Shown piece after piece: positions 24,775 through 32,370 of a stretch of DNA of 32,370 nt. Made by a program: the position numbers and the translations under genes. The DNA is taken from positions 1 through 32,370 of the forward strand of contig MHUZ01000012.1 of assembly GCA_001823605.1 (NCBI GenBank). The letters run 5' to 3'. The notes beneath the pieces were generated by a model, which made no database searches, was not told where the DNA came from, and was given only the letters and a program-made list of their open reading frames with translations. How positions within the stretch are numbered: the first letter of the stretch is position 1; every line of letters begins with the position of its first letter. Source of the DNA: Candidatus Yonathbacteria bacterium RIFOXYD1_FULL_52_36 (lineage in GTDB: Bacteria > Patescibacteriota > Minisyncoccia > Phycocordibacterales > UBA1539_B).

Positions 24775-25803
24775 ATGCTCGATCCTCAACCGTCCCCAAA
24801 ACCATCCGAGATCCGCAAAGAAACGGCATTTTTGGACCAAACGCTTCGCCCCGAGGCGTGGCACGAATACATCGGCCAAGAAAAGATCAAGGAAAACTTG
24901 AAGATCCTCCTCACTGCCGCAAAAGAGCGCTCCCATCCGGCAGAACACCTTCTTTTTTATGGTCCCCCCGGGCTCGGCAAAACAACTATTTCACACTTGA
25001 TTGCACGCGAGATGGGTTCACAGATCCGCTCTACATCCGGTCCTGCAATTGAGAAGGTGGGCGACCTTGCGTCGATCCTTACCAACCTTTCGCCGGGCGA
25101 CGTACTTTTCATCGACGAGATCCACCGGCTCAATAAACTGATCGAGGAAGTCCTCTACCCCGCCATGGAGTCGGGGTCGCTCGATATTATCATCGGTAAG
25201 GGTCCTTCGGCGCGCACAATCCAGCTCGAGCTCCCGCCATTCACCCTTATTGCCGCCACCACGCGCATTGCGCTTCTTTCATCCCCACTCCGCTCGCGCT
25301 TTTCTGGTGGTGTCTTCCGTCTTGAGTTCTACACCGAGGAAGAGATCGAGCGGATCGTGAAACGTTCAGCAACGATCCTTGGTATTGAGATCGAGGATGC
25401 GGCGGCGCGCGAGATCGCACAGCGCAGCCGCTATACGCCCCGCACCGCAAACTATTTTCTAAAACGGTGCCGCGACTTTGCCCAGGTCACTCGTGGCACA
25501 CTGACGAGCGACGTGGTGTCAAAAGCGCTTGATCTCCTCGAGATCGATCAGGCAGGGCTCTCTGCGCTTGATCGCGCGATCCTCCGTACGATCATAAAGA
25601 ATTTCAACGGCGGCCCGGTAGGACTGGGGACGATCGCCGCCGCACTCTCTGAAGATGAGGCAACAGTTGAAGAAGTGAACGAGCCCTACCTGATGCAATT
25701 AGGGCTTCTTGAGCGCACACCACGCGGGCGCGTCGCCACCAAGCGCGCGTATGAACATTTGGGAATCCCCTTTCCTGAGAGTCGCACCGAAAAACTTCTG
25801 TAA
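24775..25803 (+). CDS. ruvB: Holliday junction branch migration helicase RuvB
   Basis: TLRP...[48 protein letters not shown]. Confidence 0.97.
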   Translation: MLDPQPSPKPSEIRKETAFLDQTLRPEAWHEYIGQEKIKENLKILLTAAKERSHPAEHLLFYGPPGLGKTTISHLIAREMGSQIRSTSGPAIEKVGDLASILTNLSPGDVLFIDEIHRLNKLIEEVLYPAMESGSLDIIIGKGPSARTIQLELPPFTLIAATTRIALLSSPLRSRFSGGVFRLEFYTEEEIERIVKRSATILGIEIEDAAAREIAQRSRYTPRTANYFLKRCRDFAQVTRGTLTSDVVSKALDLLEIDQAGLSALDRAILRTIIKNFNGGPVGLGTIAAALSEDEATVEEVNEPYLMQLGLLERTPRGRVATKRAYEHLGIPFPESRTEKLL

Positions 25804-25809
25804 CGCGCC

Positions 25810-25843
25810 AAAAACAAACCCCCGCACATGTGCGGGGGGGGGT
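25810..25843. terminator. Hairpin between convergent genes
   Basis: cccccgcaca|tgtgcggggg with an A-rich left flank. Confidence 0.65.
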
Positions 25844-25855
25844 GATCGTACGTAT

Positions 25856-26383
25856 TTAGAAGTAGAGGTACGGCTCGATGACCGCGCGCTCTACGGTTGG
25901 CGTGTAGCAGAACAGCCAAAATACGGCGAACTGCACAAAGAACGGTACGGTCGCATCACCCAAAACAGGATTTTGCACCGCCATAACCCCAACAGCAATG
26001 AGTGTTACGGTGAGGAGCACTCTCCATAGTCGTGCGAGGAACGTTTCGCGATATGCCTGAGTGATCACGAGCGCTTGATTTGAGATTGTTGTTTTCCGTG
26101 CGTATGTCACATGCGCATCGGGACGATATGCGTACTCGCCCACAAACTCAGCAAATCCCGCCAAAACCACGCTTCCCACACCCCATAGCACAAACATCAC
26201 AAGGAGCTGCATAGATCCATCTTGCGCCGCCGCCCAAACACCCCACGGACACATGGTGACCACTGAGAGCAGTAGCAATCTGGCGCCAAATGAAAAATTG
26301 CTCATTCCCTTCCCCCACGCCGCCATGACCGCAAGCGGTGTAACCACAAAACGTGTAACGGCTCGATCGAGACAAGTAATCAC
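25856..26383 (-). CDS. Hypothetical multi-pass membrane protein
   Basis: GTG start after AAGGAGGT; TTGACA upstream; about four hydrophobic segments. Confidence 0.6.
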   Translation of the reverse strand: MITCLDRAVTRFVVTPLAVMAAWGKGMSNFSFGARLLLLSVVTMCPWGVWAAAQDGSMQLLVMFVLWGVGSVVLAGFAEFVGEYAYRPDAHVTYARKTTISNQALVITQAYRETFLARLWRVLLTVTLIAVGVMAVQNPVLGDATVPFFVQFAVFWLFCYTPTVERAVIEPYLYF

Positions 26384-26489
26384 AGCGCACCTCCTTTTTG
26401 CATGGTTGAATCTGTCGCTATCCTGACACGTGCATATGTTCCATGTCAACGTGGCGCTTTAGATAAAAAAATACGCTATACTCCATGGT

Positions 26490-27032
26490 ATGTCCGGACA
26501 CAATAAATGGTCACAGATCAAACGCCAAAAAGGCGCCACCGATGCAAAGAAGAGCAAGATCTTCGGCAAATACGCGCGCTTGATCACCCTTGAATCAAAG
26601 AAGTCGAATGGCAATGTGAGTGACCCCGCCCTTCGTTCAGTCATCGAAAAAGCAAAAGCGGCAAACATGCCTGCAGACAATATTGAGCGTGCCGTCAAAA
26701 AAGGCTTGGGGAGTGATGCGGGCAACATGGAACCCGTCCTCTACGAAGCATACGGACCAGGTGGATCAGCACTCGTGGTCGAGGGGCTCACCGACAACAA
26801 GAACCGCACTGCGCAAGATATCAAACACATCCTATCGAAGAATGGTTCCGCACTTGCCGCACCCGGCTCGGCAACATGGGCGTTTACCCACACGTCCGAT
26901 GGGTGGGAGCCGCAAAATGAGCTCGCGCTCTCCCCAGAAGATGCTTCCGCACTCGAAAACCTTATCGACGCACTCGAGGAGAACGACGACGTGCAGGACG
27001 TGTACACGAACGCAACCTTCCCTGACGTATGA
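26490..27032 (+). CDS. yebC: YebC/PmpR family protein (short form)
   Basis: MSGHNKWSQIKRQK, NMPADNIERA, YEAYGPGG, TDNKNRT, LEENDDVQDVYTN. Confidence 0.93.
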   Translation: MSGHNKWSQIKRQKGATDAKKSKIFGKYARLITLESKKSNGNVSDPALRSVIEKAKAANMPADNIERAVKKGLGSDAGNMEPVLYEAYGPGGSALVVEGLTDNKNRTAQDIKHILSKNGSALAAPGSATWAFTHTSDGWEPQNELALSPEDASALENLIDALEENDDVQDVYTNATFPDV

Positions 27033-27523
27033 GGATCCTTGCTATAGATCCGGGATTCGAGCGCATGGGAGTTGCTATTGTGTCGCGTGAACAAGGGCGC
27101 GAGGAACTTGTATACTCGGCATGCGTGCAAACATCGGCAAAACTTCCTTTCCCTGAACGTCTCAAGCTTCTGGGTGATGCGATCGATGAGCTCGTTTTGA
27201 ATCATCACCCCGAAGCCGTCGCACTCGAAACACTTTTTTTTGGAAAGAACGAAAAGACCGCATCGAAGGTCGCTGAAGTCCGTGGGATGCTTCTCTACAA
27301 AGCAACGGTCTTGGGACTTCCTGTCCATGAATACACACCAATGCAGGTAAAGGTTGCTGTAGCGGGATATGGTAAAGCAGACAAGGTGCAGGTCGCGACC
27401 ATGGTGCGCTCAATTCTTAAAACAAGCTTGGAAAATAAGCTTGATGATGAGATGGACGCGATCGCGATCGGCCTCACCCACTTCGCCCACGCAGGGCTCG
27501 TTGGCCGAGTTTCCCACCACTAA
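27029..27523 (+). CDS. ruvC: Holliday junction resolvase RuvC
   Basis: MRILAIDPG, ALETLFF, EYTP.QVK..V.GYGKADK.QV, DDEMDAIA. Confidence 0.96.
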   Translation: MRILAIDPGFERMGVAIVSREQGREELVYSACVQTSAKLPFPERLKLLGDAIDELVLNHHPEAVALETLFFGKNEKTASKVAEVRGMLLYKATVLGLPVHEYTPMQVKVAVAGYGKADKVQVATMVRSILKTSLENKLDDEMDAIAIGLTHFAHAGLVGRVSHH

Positions 27524-27626
27524 TCCACGGTTTTTCCACAGGTTATACAGAGCTCTGTTGTTTTTTGAAAATGTTTCTGGTACAACTATGGAACCTTTAT
27601 CGGGATAATTTATTTTCTGCGATCGT

Positions 27627-27803
27627 ATGAGCTTTGATGAGGAAAAAGACCACGGAGAAGAAGAGTTCGAAATGACGGACGAAAGCCTTGATGAACTTGA
27701 TGAAGCGTTTGATGAAGATGACCTCGACGAAGATGAAGATGATCCTGCCGCGGAAGAAGAGGAGGAGGCAGACACGTTTGGATTCGGAGGGGACGAATCC
27801 TAG
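27627..27803 (+). CDS. Highly acidic 58-aa microprotein (absent from the ORF track)
   Basis: MSFDEEKDHGEEEFEMTDESLDELDEAFDEDDLDEDEDDPAAEEEEEADTFGFGGDES*; strong GAN codon periodicity; followed by a terminator. Confidence 0.75.
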   Translation: MSFDEEKDHGEEEFEMTDESLDELDEAFDEDDLDEDEDDPAAEEEEEADTFGFGGDES

Positions 27804-27823
27804 TCGCTGCTCTTGGTAGTCGC

Positions 27824-27864
27824 AAAGAAAAGCCCTCAGGGATTTCCCTGAGGGCTTTTCTTTT
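27824..27864. terminator. Bidirectional terminator
   Basis: aaagaaaagccctcaggga-tt-tccctgagggcttttctttt. Confidence 0.85.
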
Positions 27865-27885
27865 GTGATGCTCTATTATGTATCG

Positions 27886-29070
27886 TTACACGATCTTGAT
27901 CCGCAAGAATCGGCGCTTGCCGACCTTGAGCACTCCTTCATGTGCGGTTTCTTGCGGGTCTGAAACACTCTCCCCTTCCATCCAAGAAACGGCATTACCG
28001 GAAACAAGCGTTCGCCACTCGGTCTTGGACTGAATCAGTCCTGCTTGAAGAACCGCATCCACAAGGAGTGTCTCTTGGGGAACAGCCGTCTCGGGCATAT
28101 CCTCCGGAACACCTCCTTTTTGAAATGTCTCTACGAACGACCCTTCGGCGGTGTGCGCCGCATCTTCTCCGTGATAGAGCGTAACGATCGCGCGTGCGAG
28201 ACGCATCTTTGCCTCCTTTGGGTTAGCACCGGAAGAAAGCGCGCTGGTCACTTCGTCAACTTCAGTGAGCGGCACCCGCGTAGCGCGGATAAAATACGGA
28301 ATGATGAGTTCGTCGCGGAGGCTCATCACTTTGCCGTACATATCAGCAGGTTCATCATCAAGATTGATCGTATTCCCCCAACTTGAGCTCATTTTGCGCC
28401 CATCAAGCCCCTCGAGGAGGTCGAGCATAATAATATCCTGCGGCTGTTGGCCGTAGTGCTCCTGGAGCGTCCGCCCTGCGAGCAAATTGAAGCGCTGGTC
28501 AGTTCCTCCGATCTCCACGTCAGCGCGCACTTGGACGCTGTCATACCCCTGCATGAGCGGGTAGAGCAGTTCACGGAGCGACACCCGTGTGCCCTTGGCA
28601 AGACGGCGCGCAATATTGTCCCGCGCAATGAAGTCCGATACAGAAAATTCATTTGCCTGAGCACATAGTTCGGTATATGAAACCTTGCTGAGCCATGAGC
28701 TGTTGTAGTGGATCTCTGCTTTTTCAATATCAATGAGTTTCCCCGCTTGACGCACGTAAGTTTCAAGGTTATGCTCGACCTCCTCTGAAGAAAGCATCGG
28801 GCGCTCGGCATCTTTATCCGAAGTATCGCCGATCACGGCGGTAAAATCCCCTACAATGAACACGATCTGGTGGCCAAGTGCCTCTAGGTCACGCAATTTA
28901 AGAAGTGCAGCTGCGCGCCCAATGTGAATAAACGGGCTGGTGGGATCGATCCCGTACTTGATCCGGAGTTTTTTACCGGAAGCGAGCTTTTCTTCGAGTG
29001 ATTCTTTGCGGATCGCCTCAGCAACCCCGCGGGTAAGAATATCTTCACTACTCTGCTTCAGCATACTCAT
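27886..29070 (-). CDS. tyrS: Tyrosyl-tRNA synthetase
   Basis: KYGIDPT, HIGR (HIGH variant), YPLMQGYD, GGTDQRFN, KMSSS (KMSKS variant), C-terminal S4-like VGKRRF. Confidence 0.96.
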   Translation of the reverse strand: MSMLKQSSEDILTRGVAEAIRKESLEEKLASGKKLRIKYGIDPTSPFIHIGRAAALLKLRDLEALGHQIVFIVGDFTAVIGDTSDKDAERPMLSSEEVEHNLETYVRQAGKLIDIEKAEIHYNSSWLSKVSYTELCAQANEFSVSDFIARDNIARRLAKGTRVSLRELLYPLMQGYDSVQVRADVEIGGTDQRFNLLAGRTLQEHYGQQPQDIIMLDLLEGLDGRKMSSSWGNTINLDDEPADMYGKVMSLRDELIIPYFIRATRVPLTEVDEVTSALSSGANPKEAKMRLARAIVTLYHGEDAAHTAEGSFVETFQKGGVPEDMPETAVPQETLLVDAVLQAGLIQSKTEWRTLVSGNAVSWMEGESVSDPQETAHEGVLKVGKRRFLRIKIV

Positions 29071-29131
29071 AATACTGTTACTGTACCACACGGTATGTGT
29101 TTTGTCGTGGTATGATGGGCCCTATACACTT

Positions 29132-31309
29132 ATGAATACACGAAATCGTTTTATGAAGCGTCTTTCTCGTTTTTTACGCCTTAAAGGGGCGCATCGCCGG
29201 AGCATGCTTCGGTCGGTCTTACTTTTTGGCATGGCAGGAATCTTCCTTTTCCTAGGAATGTTGATCGTGCTCGCAAGTACAGTGCGTATTCCTGACTTTT
29301 CGACCTTTAATGAGCGCAAAATGGCCGAATCCACCAAGATCTATGACACCACCGGCAAGATCCTCCTGTATGATGTCCATGAAAACATCCGCCGAACCTA
29401 CGTCCCCCTCTCGGAAATATCCCTCTCGGTGCGCAACGCGATCCTCGCGATCGAAGACGATCAATTTTACTCACACGAAGGCGTACGCCCCACCTCGATC
29501 ATCCGAGCATTCATTGCCAACCTCACCGGTGGTGGCTATCGCCAGGGAGGGTCAACAATCACTCAGCAAGTGGTGAAGAATACCCTCCTTACTCCTGAAA
29601 AAACCATATCTCGCAAAGTAAAAGAATTGATCCTTGCAGTAAAGATCGAGCGCTCACTCACGAAAGATGAGATCTTGTCTCTCTATTTGAACGAAACCCC
29701 ATGGGGCGGAAATTTGTACGGCGTTGAAGAGGCCAGTATTTCATTCTTTGGAAAGAGCGCTAACGAACTCTCCCTTGCTGAGAGCGCCTACCTTGCGGCA
29801 ATTCCCAAGGCACCCACCTACTACTCGCCTCACGGGAACCACCGCGTGGAACTCGATGCACGCAAAAACCTGGTGCTTCGCCGCATGCTTGAGGTTGGAT
29901 TCATTACACAAGCAGAGCATGACACAGCAAAAACCGAAGTGGTAACATTTTTGGTGCGAGAAAAATATGGGATCAAAGCACCGCACTTCGTTATTTGGGT
30001 AAAGGAGTACTTGGCGGAAAAGTATGGAGAGGAGGCGGTCGAAGAAGGGGGGCTCAAGGTCATTACGTCACTTAATTACGAGATCCAGTCGCTTGCCGAA
30101 GAAACCATTGCGGAGTACGCCGCAACGAACGAGACGAACTTCAATGCAAAAAATGCCGGCATGATCGCCATCGACCCAAACAACGGCCACATTCTCGCCA
30201 TGGTCGGGTCGCGAGACTACTTTGACATGGAGAACGAGGGAAACTTCAACATCACCCTCGCCCGCCGTCAGCCTGGATCCGCATTCAAGCCATTCGTGTA
30301 CGCAACAGGATTCACAAAAGGTTATGGTCCCGAGACGATTCTCTTCGACCTCCCCACGCAATTCGATACCGGTTGCGGATTCACGGGCGGTGGCTGTTAT
30401 ACACCGGAAAACTACGACGGAGAGTACCGCGGTCCTATGTCGCTCAGGAACGCTCTTGCACAGTCGATCAACGTTCCTGCGGTAAAGATGCTCTACCTTT
30501 CAGGCATTACGGATTCTCTTGAGACAGCGCGCAGAATGGGTATTACCACCTTGACCGACAAATCCCGCTACGGCCTCACCCTGGTGCTCGGCGGTGGCGA
30601 AGTCTCCCTTCTTGAACTCACGAGTGCGTATGGCGTATTCGCCAACGAGGGCGTGCGCAATCCGTATGTTTCTATTCTTCGTGTTGAAGATCGTGAGGGC
30701 AAGGTCCTCGAGGAGTTTGCTCCCCACGCGGAAGAAGTGCTCGATCAAAACGCTGCACTCCTTATTTCTGACATCCTTTCAGACAACGTTGCGCGCACCC
30801 CGCTCTACGGAGAGCGCTCGTCACTCTACTTTGAAGGACGCGACGTGGCGGCAAAGACCGGTACCACCAACGACTACCGCGACACCTGGATCGTGGGGTA
30901 CACCCCCAATCTTGTTTTGGGTGCATGGGCAGGAAACAATGACAACTCCCCCATGGAAAAGAAGGTCGCGGGCTTGATCGTTGCCCCGATGTGGCGCGCG
31001 GTGATGGAAAAGGCAATAGAGAAATTCCCTATCGAGGACTTTACGCCACCGATCCACGGCGCCGATGAGCGCATGCCTGCCATGGCGCGCGGAATCCTGG
31101 TTGATCCGCAAAACCCTCAGGTACACTCGCTCCTCTATTGGCTTAAAAAAGACGATCCATTTACCCGTCCCCAAAATCCGTACGACGATCCGCAGTTCCC
31201 CCTCTGGGAGATCCCTGTTCAGAATTGGATTGCAAAAAACGGCCAACCCCAGCCAACCATTCCGCAGTTCATCTCACAACCGCCAATAGAACAGCCGGAC
31301 AATCAGTAG
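29132..31309 (+). CDS. Class A penicillin-binding protein (PBP1A family)
   Basis: TM anchor; EDDQFYSHEG, GGSTITQQVVKN, RKVKE, YLN glycosyltransferase motifs; SAFK, SIN, KTGT transpeptidase motifs. Confidence 0.95.
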   Translation: MNTRNRFMKRLSRFLRLKGAHRRSMLRSVLLFGMAGIFLFLGMLIVLASTVRIPDFSTFNERKMAESTKIYDTTGKILLYDVHENIRRTYVPLSEISLSVRNAILAIEDDQFYSHEGVRPTSIIRAFIANLTGGGYRQGGSTITQQVVKNTLLTPEKTISRKVKELILAVKIERSLTKDEILSLYLNETPWGGNLYGVEEASISFFGKSANELSLAESAYLAAIPKAPTYYSPHGNHRVELDARKNLVLRRMLEVGFITQAEHDTAKTEVVTFLVREKYGIKAPHFVIWVKEYLAEKYGEEAVEEGGLKVITSLNYEIQSLAEETIAEYAATNETNFNAKNAGMIAIDPNNGHILAMVGSRDYFDMENEGNFNITLARRQPGSAFKPFVYATGFTKGYGPETILFDLPTQFDTGCGFTGGGCYTPENYDGEYRGPMSLRNALAQSINVPAVKMLYLSGITDSLETARRMGITTLTDKSRYGLTLVLGGGEVSLLELTSAYGVFANEGVRNPYVSILRVEDREGKVLEEFAPHAEEVLDQNAALLISDILSDNVARTPLYGERSSLYFEGRDVAAKTGTTNDYRDTWIVGYTPNLVLGAWAGNNDNSPMEKKVAGLIVAPMWRAVMEKAIEKFPIEDFTPPIHGADERMPAMARGILVDPQNPQVHSLLYWLKKDDPFTRPQNPYDDPQFPLWEIPVQNWIAKNGQPQPTIPQFISQPPIEQPDNQ

Positions 31310-31337
31310 ACAGAAGACGACCGGATTAGAAATTAAA

Positions 31338-31370
31338 GACAGCGGAGCCTAAGGGCTCCGCTGTTTATTT
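31338..31370 (+). terminator. PBP terminator
   Basis: gacagcggagcc-taag-ggctccgctgtttattt. Confidence 0.8.
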
Positions 31371-31392
31371 GGCTTGTGTTTAGGGGTAAAAG

Positions 31393-31425
31393 AATCCCCC
31401 GCGCGGCTACGCCGCGCGGGGGATT
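31393..31425 (-). terminator. GC-rich hairpin, terminator of the 31432-32247 gene; a related copy starts at 32343
   Basis: aatcccccgcgcggc-tac-gccgcgcgggggatt. Confidence 0.7.
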
Positions 31426-31431
31426 TGGGTG

Positions 31432-32247
31432 CTACTTCTTTTCCTTGGGGAAAACCTCCTCCATGCCATTAAGGAACGCGGTGACATCCAGAGAAAGTCC
31501 CGGCGTAGACGGCACATCAACCCGGTATCCCTTGTCCTTCACGCGCATCTCGTTGAGCCGGGCGAGTGTCCCTTGTATCACCGCAACGCACTCACGACTG
31601 TGTTGCTGCGGCTTGTATCTCGTCCAGTGTTCATAGAGAGACAAGACAAACTCCTCCATCTTGCGCTGATCGATATCTCGAAGCCGCTTGTGGAGTGGCT
31701 CAGGGAGATCGAGCATGCGCAGGGCTACCACATAGAAGTCGGTAATGCGCAGGTCTTCAGGGCGTCCCAATAAATATTCCTCGATTGCCTGCTGGCCGAC
31801 AAAGATCATGAACGGGTAAACGTCGCCCCTCTTCTCCGAAAATAATCCGGGTAAGAGATCGGGTGGTATTGGTTGATCAAGTGGCGTACATCGCAACGAC
31901 CGCCGCACCGTGATCGAGTTTCGTTCCACGGAAAGTTCGTGGTCGGAGACAAATACGTTCGTCTGGACAACAAGCGTACCCGAGAGAACGGACCCCGGAT
32001 TTAGGTGAACCAAGAGATTCTCTCCGTTGGCTCCGGCGATACCGAGATAGTTCTCGTTGACGATCACATCCTCGTGCTCGCTGTGGTTCATTCCCGAAAA
32101 CCGGAGTTGGTTATCAACGAGGTGTGTCGAAAAAAGGATCAGTGTACCGGGAGCAATCCCCTGCACCTTGCTCGCAAGGTGCGCTTTCACTGCTTCGGGT
32201 GAAATGTGCTGGGAAGCGATCTGACGATACGAACGGTGCGGCATCAT
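31432..32247 (-). CDS. Hypothetical soluble protein (271 aa)
   Basis: AGGAGG SD; TTGCCA-N17-TATGCT promoter; no motif recognised. Confidence 0.7.
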   Translation of the reverse strand: MMPHRSYRQIASQHISPEAVKAHLASKVQGIAPGTLILFSTHLVDNQLRFSGMNHSEHEDVIVNENYLGIAGANGENLLVHLNPGSVLSGTLVVQTNVFVSDHELSVERNSITVRRSLRCTPLDQPIPPDLLPGLFSEKRGDVYPFMIFVGQQAIEEYLLGRPEDLRITDFYVVALRMLDLPEPLHKRLRDIDQRKMEEFVLSLYEHWTRYKPQQHSRECVAVIQGTLARLNEMRVKDKGYRVDVPSTPGLSLDVTAFLNGMEEVFPKEKK

Positions 32248-32342
32248 GGCAAACCTCCTGTGGGTTTGAATTTCAAAGAGAACGGGATGAGAACGTATTC
32301 TGCCGAGAGCATAGCCCAGATAGCGCTTCTTGGCAACAAAGA

Positions 32343-32370
32343 AATCCCCCCGCGCGACGTAGTCGCGCGG
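32343..32370. repeat. Second, inverted copy of the 31393 hairpin (truncated by the window end)
   Basis: aatccccccgcgcgac-gta-gtcgcgcgg. Confidence 0.6.

Noticed and set aside
9170..27523. Split of ruvA from ruvB and ruvC as a novelty
   Set aside because: Dispersal of ruv genes is common in bacteria and all three look intact.
27410..27825. Ser-rich 121-aa and 71-aa minus-strand ORFs
   Set aside because: They are the antisense shadow of the acidic plus-strand microprotein.
28940..29131. N-terminal extension of the PBP
   Set aside because: Overlaps tyrS antisense; a TGgTATGAT promoter precedes the ATG at 29132.

Overview
This window looks like a Patescibacteria/CPR (Parcubacteria-like) chromosome segment; that is an inference from gene content and the shortened MurE, PolA and YebC. 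Housekeeping genes are rpsT, ruvA, murE, a SpoU methyltransferase, a holA-like gene, polA, tsaE, pilB, ruvB, yebC, ruvC, tyrS and a class A PBP. There are three tRNAs (Arg-GCG, Arg-CCG, Lys-TTT), a membrane-anchored copper nitrite reductase (nirK), three Fn3-domain surface proteins and several orphans. Four signals are not explained by these annotations. (1) All three tRNAs are followed by a structured element with the same layout: an antisense copy of that tRNA's own T-arm/acceptor strand, then hairpins, then a partial sense copy of the T-arm. (2) A ~340-nt multi-stem candidate ncRNA with its own promoter lies between pilB and ruvB and ends in a perfect 54-bp palindrome. (3) Three exported Gly/Tyr/Arg/Asp-rich proteins next to pilB share short modules pairwise. 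(4) An unannotated 58-aa, ~55% acidic microprotein follows ruvC. Many core genes look leaderless, while accessory genes have full promoters and Shine-Dalgarno sites. All calls come from reading the sequence by eye; no searches or folding programs were run.
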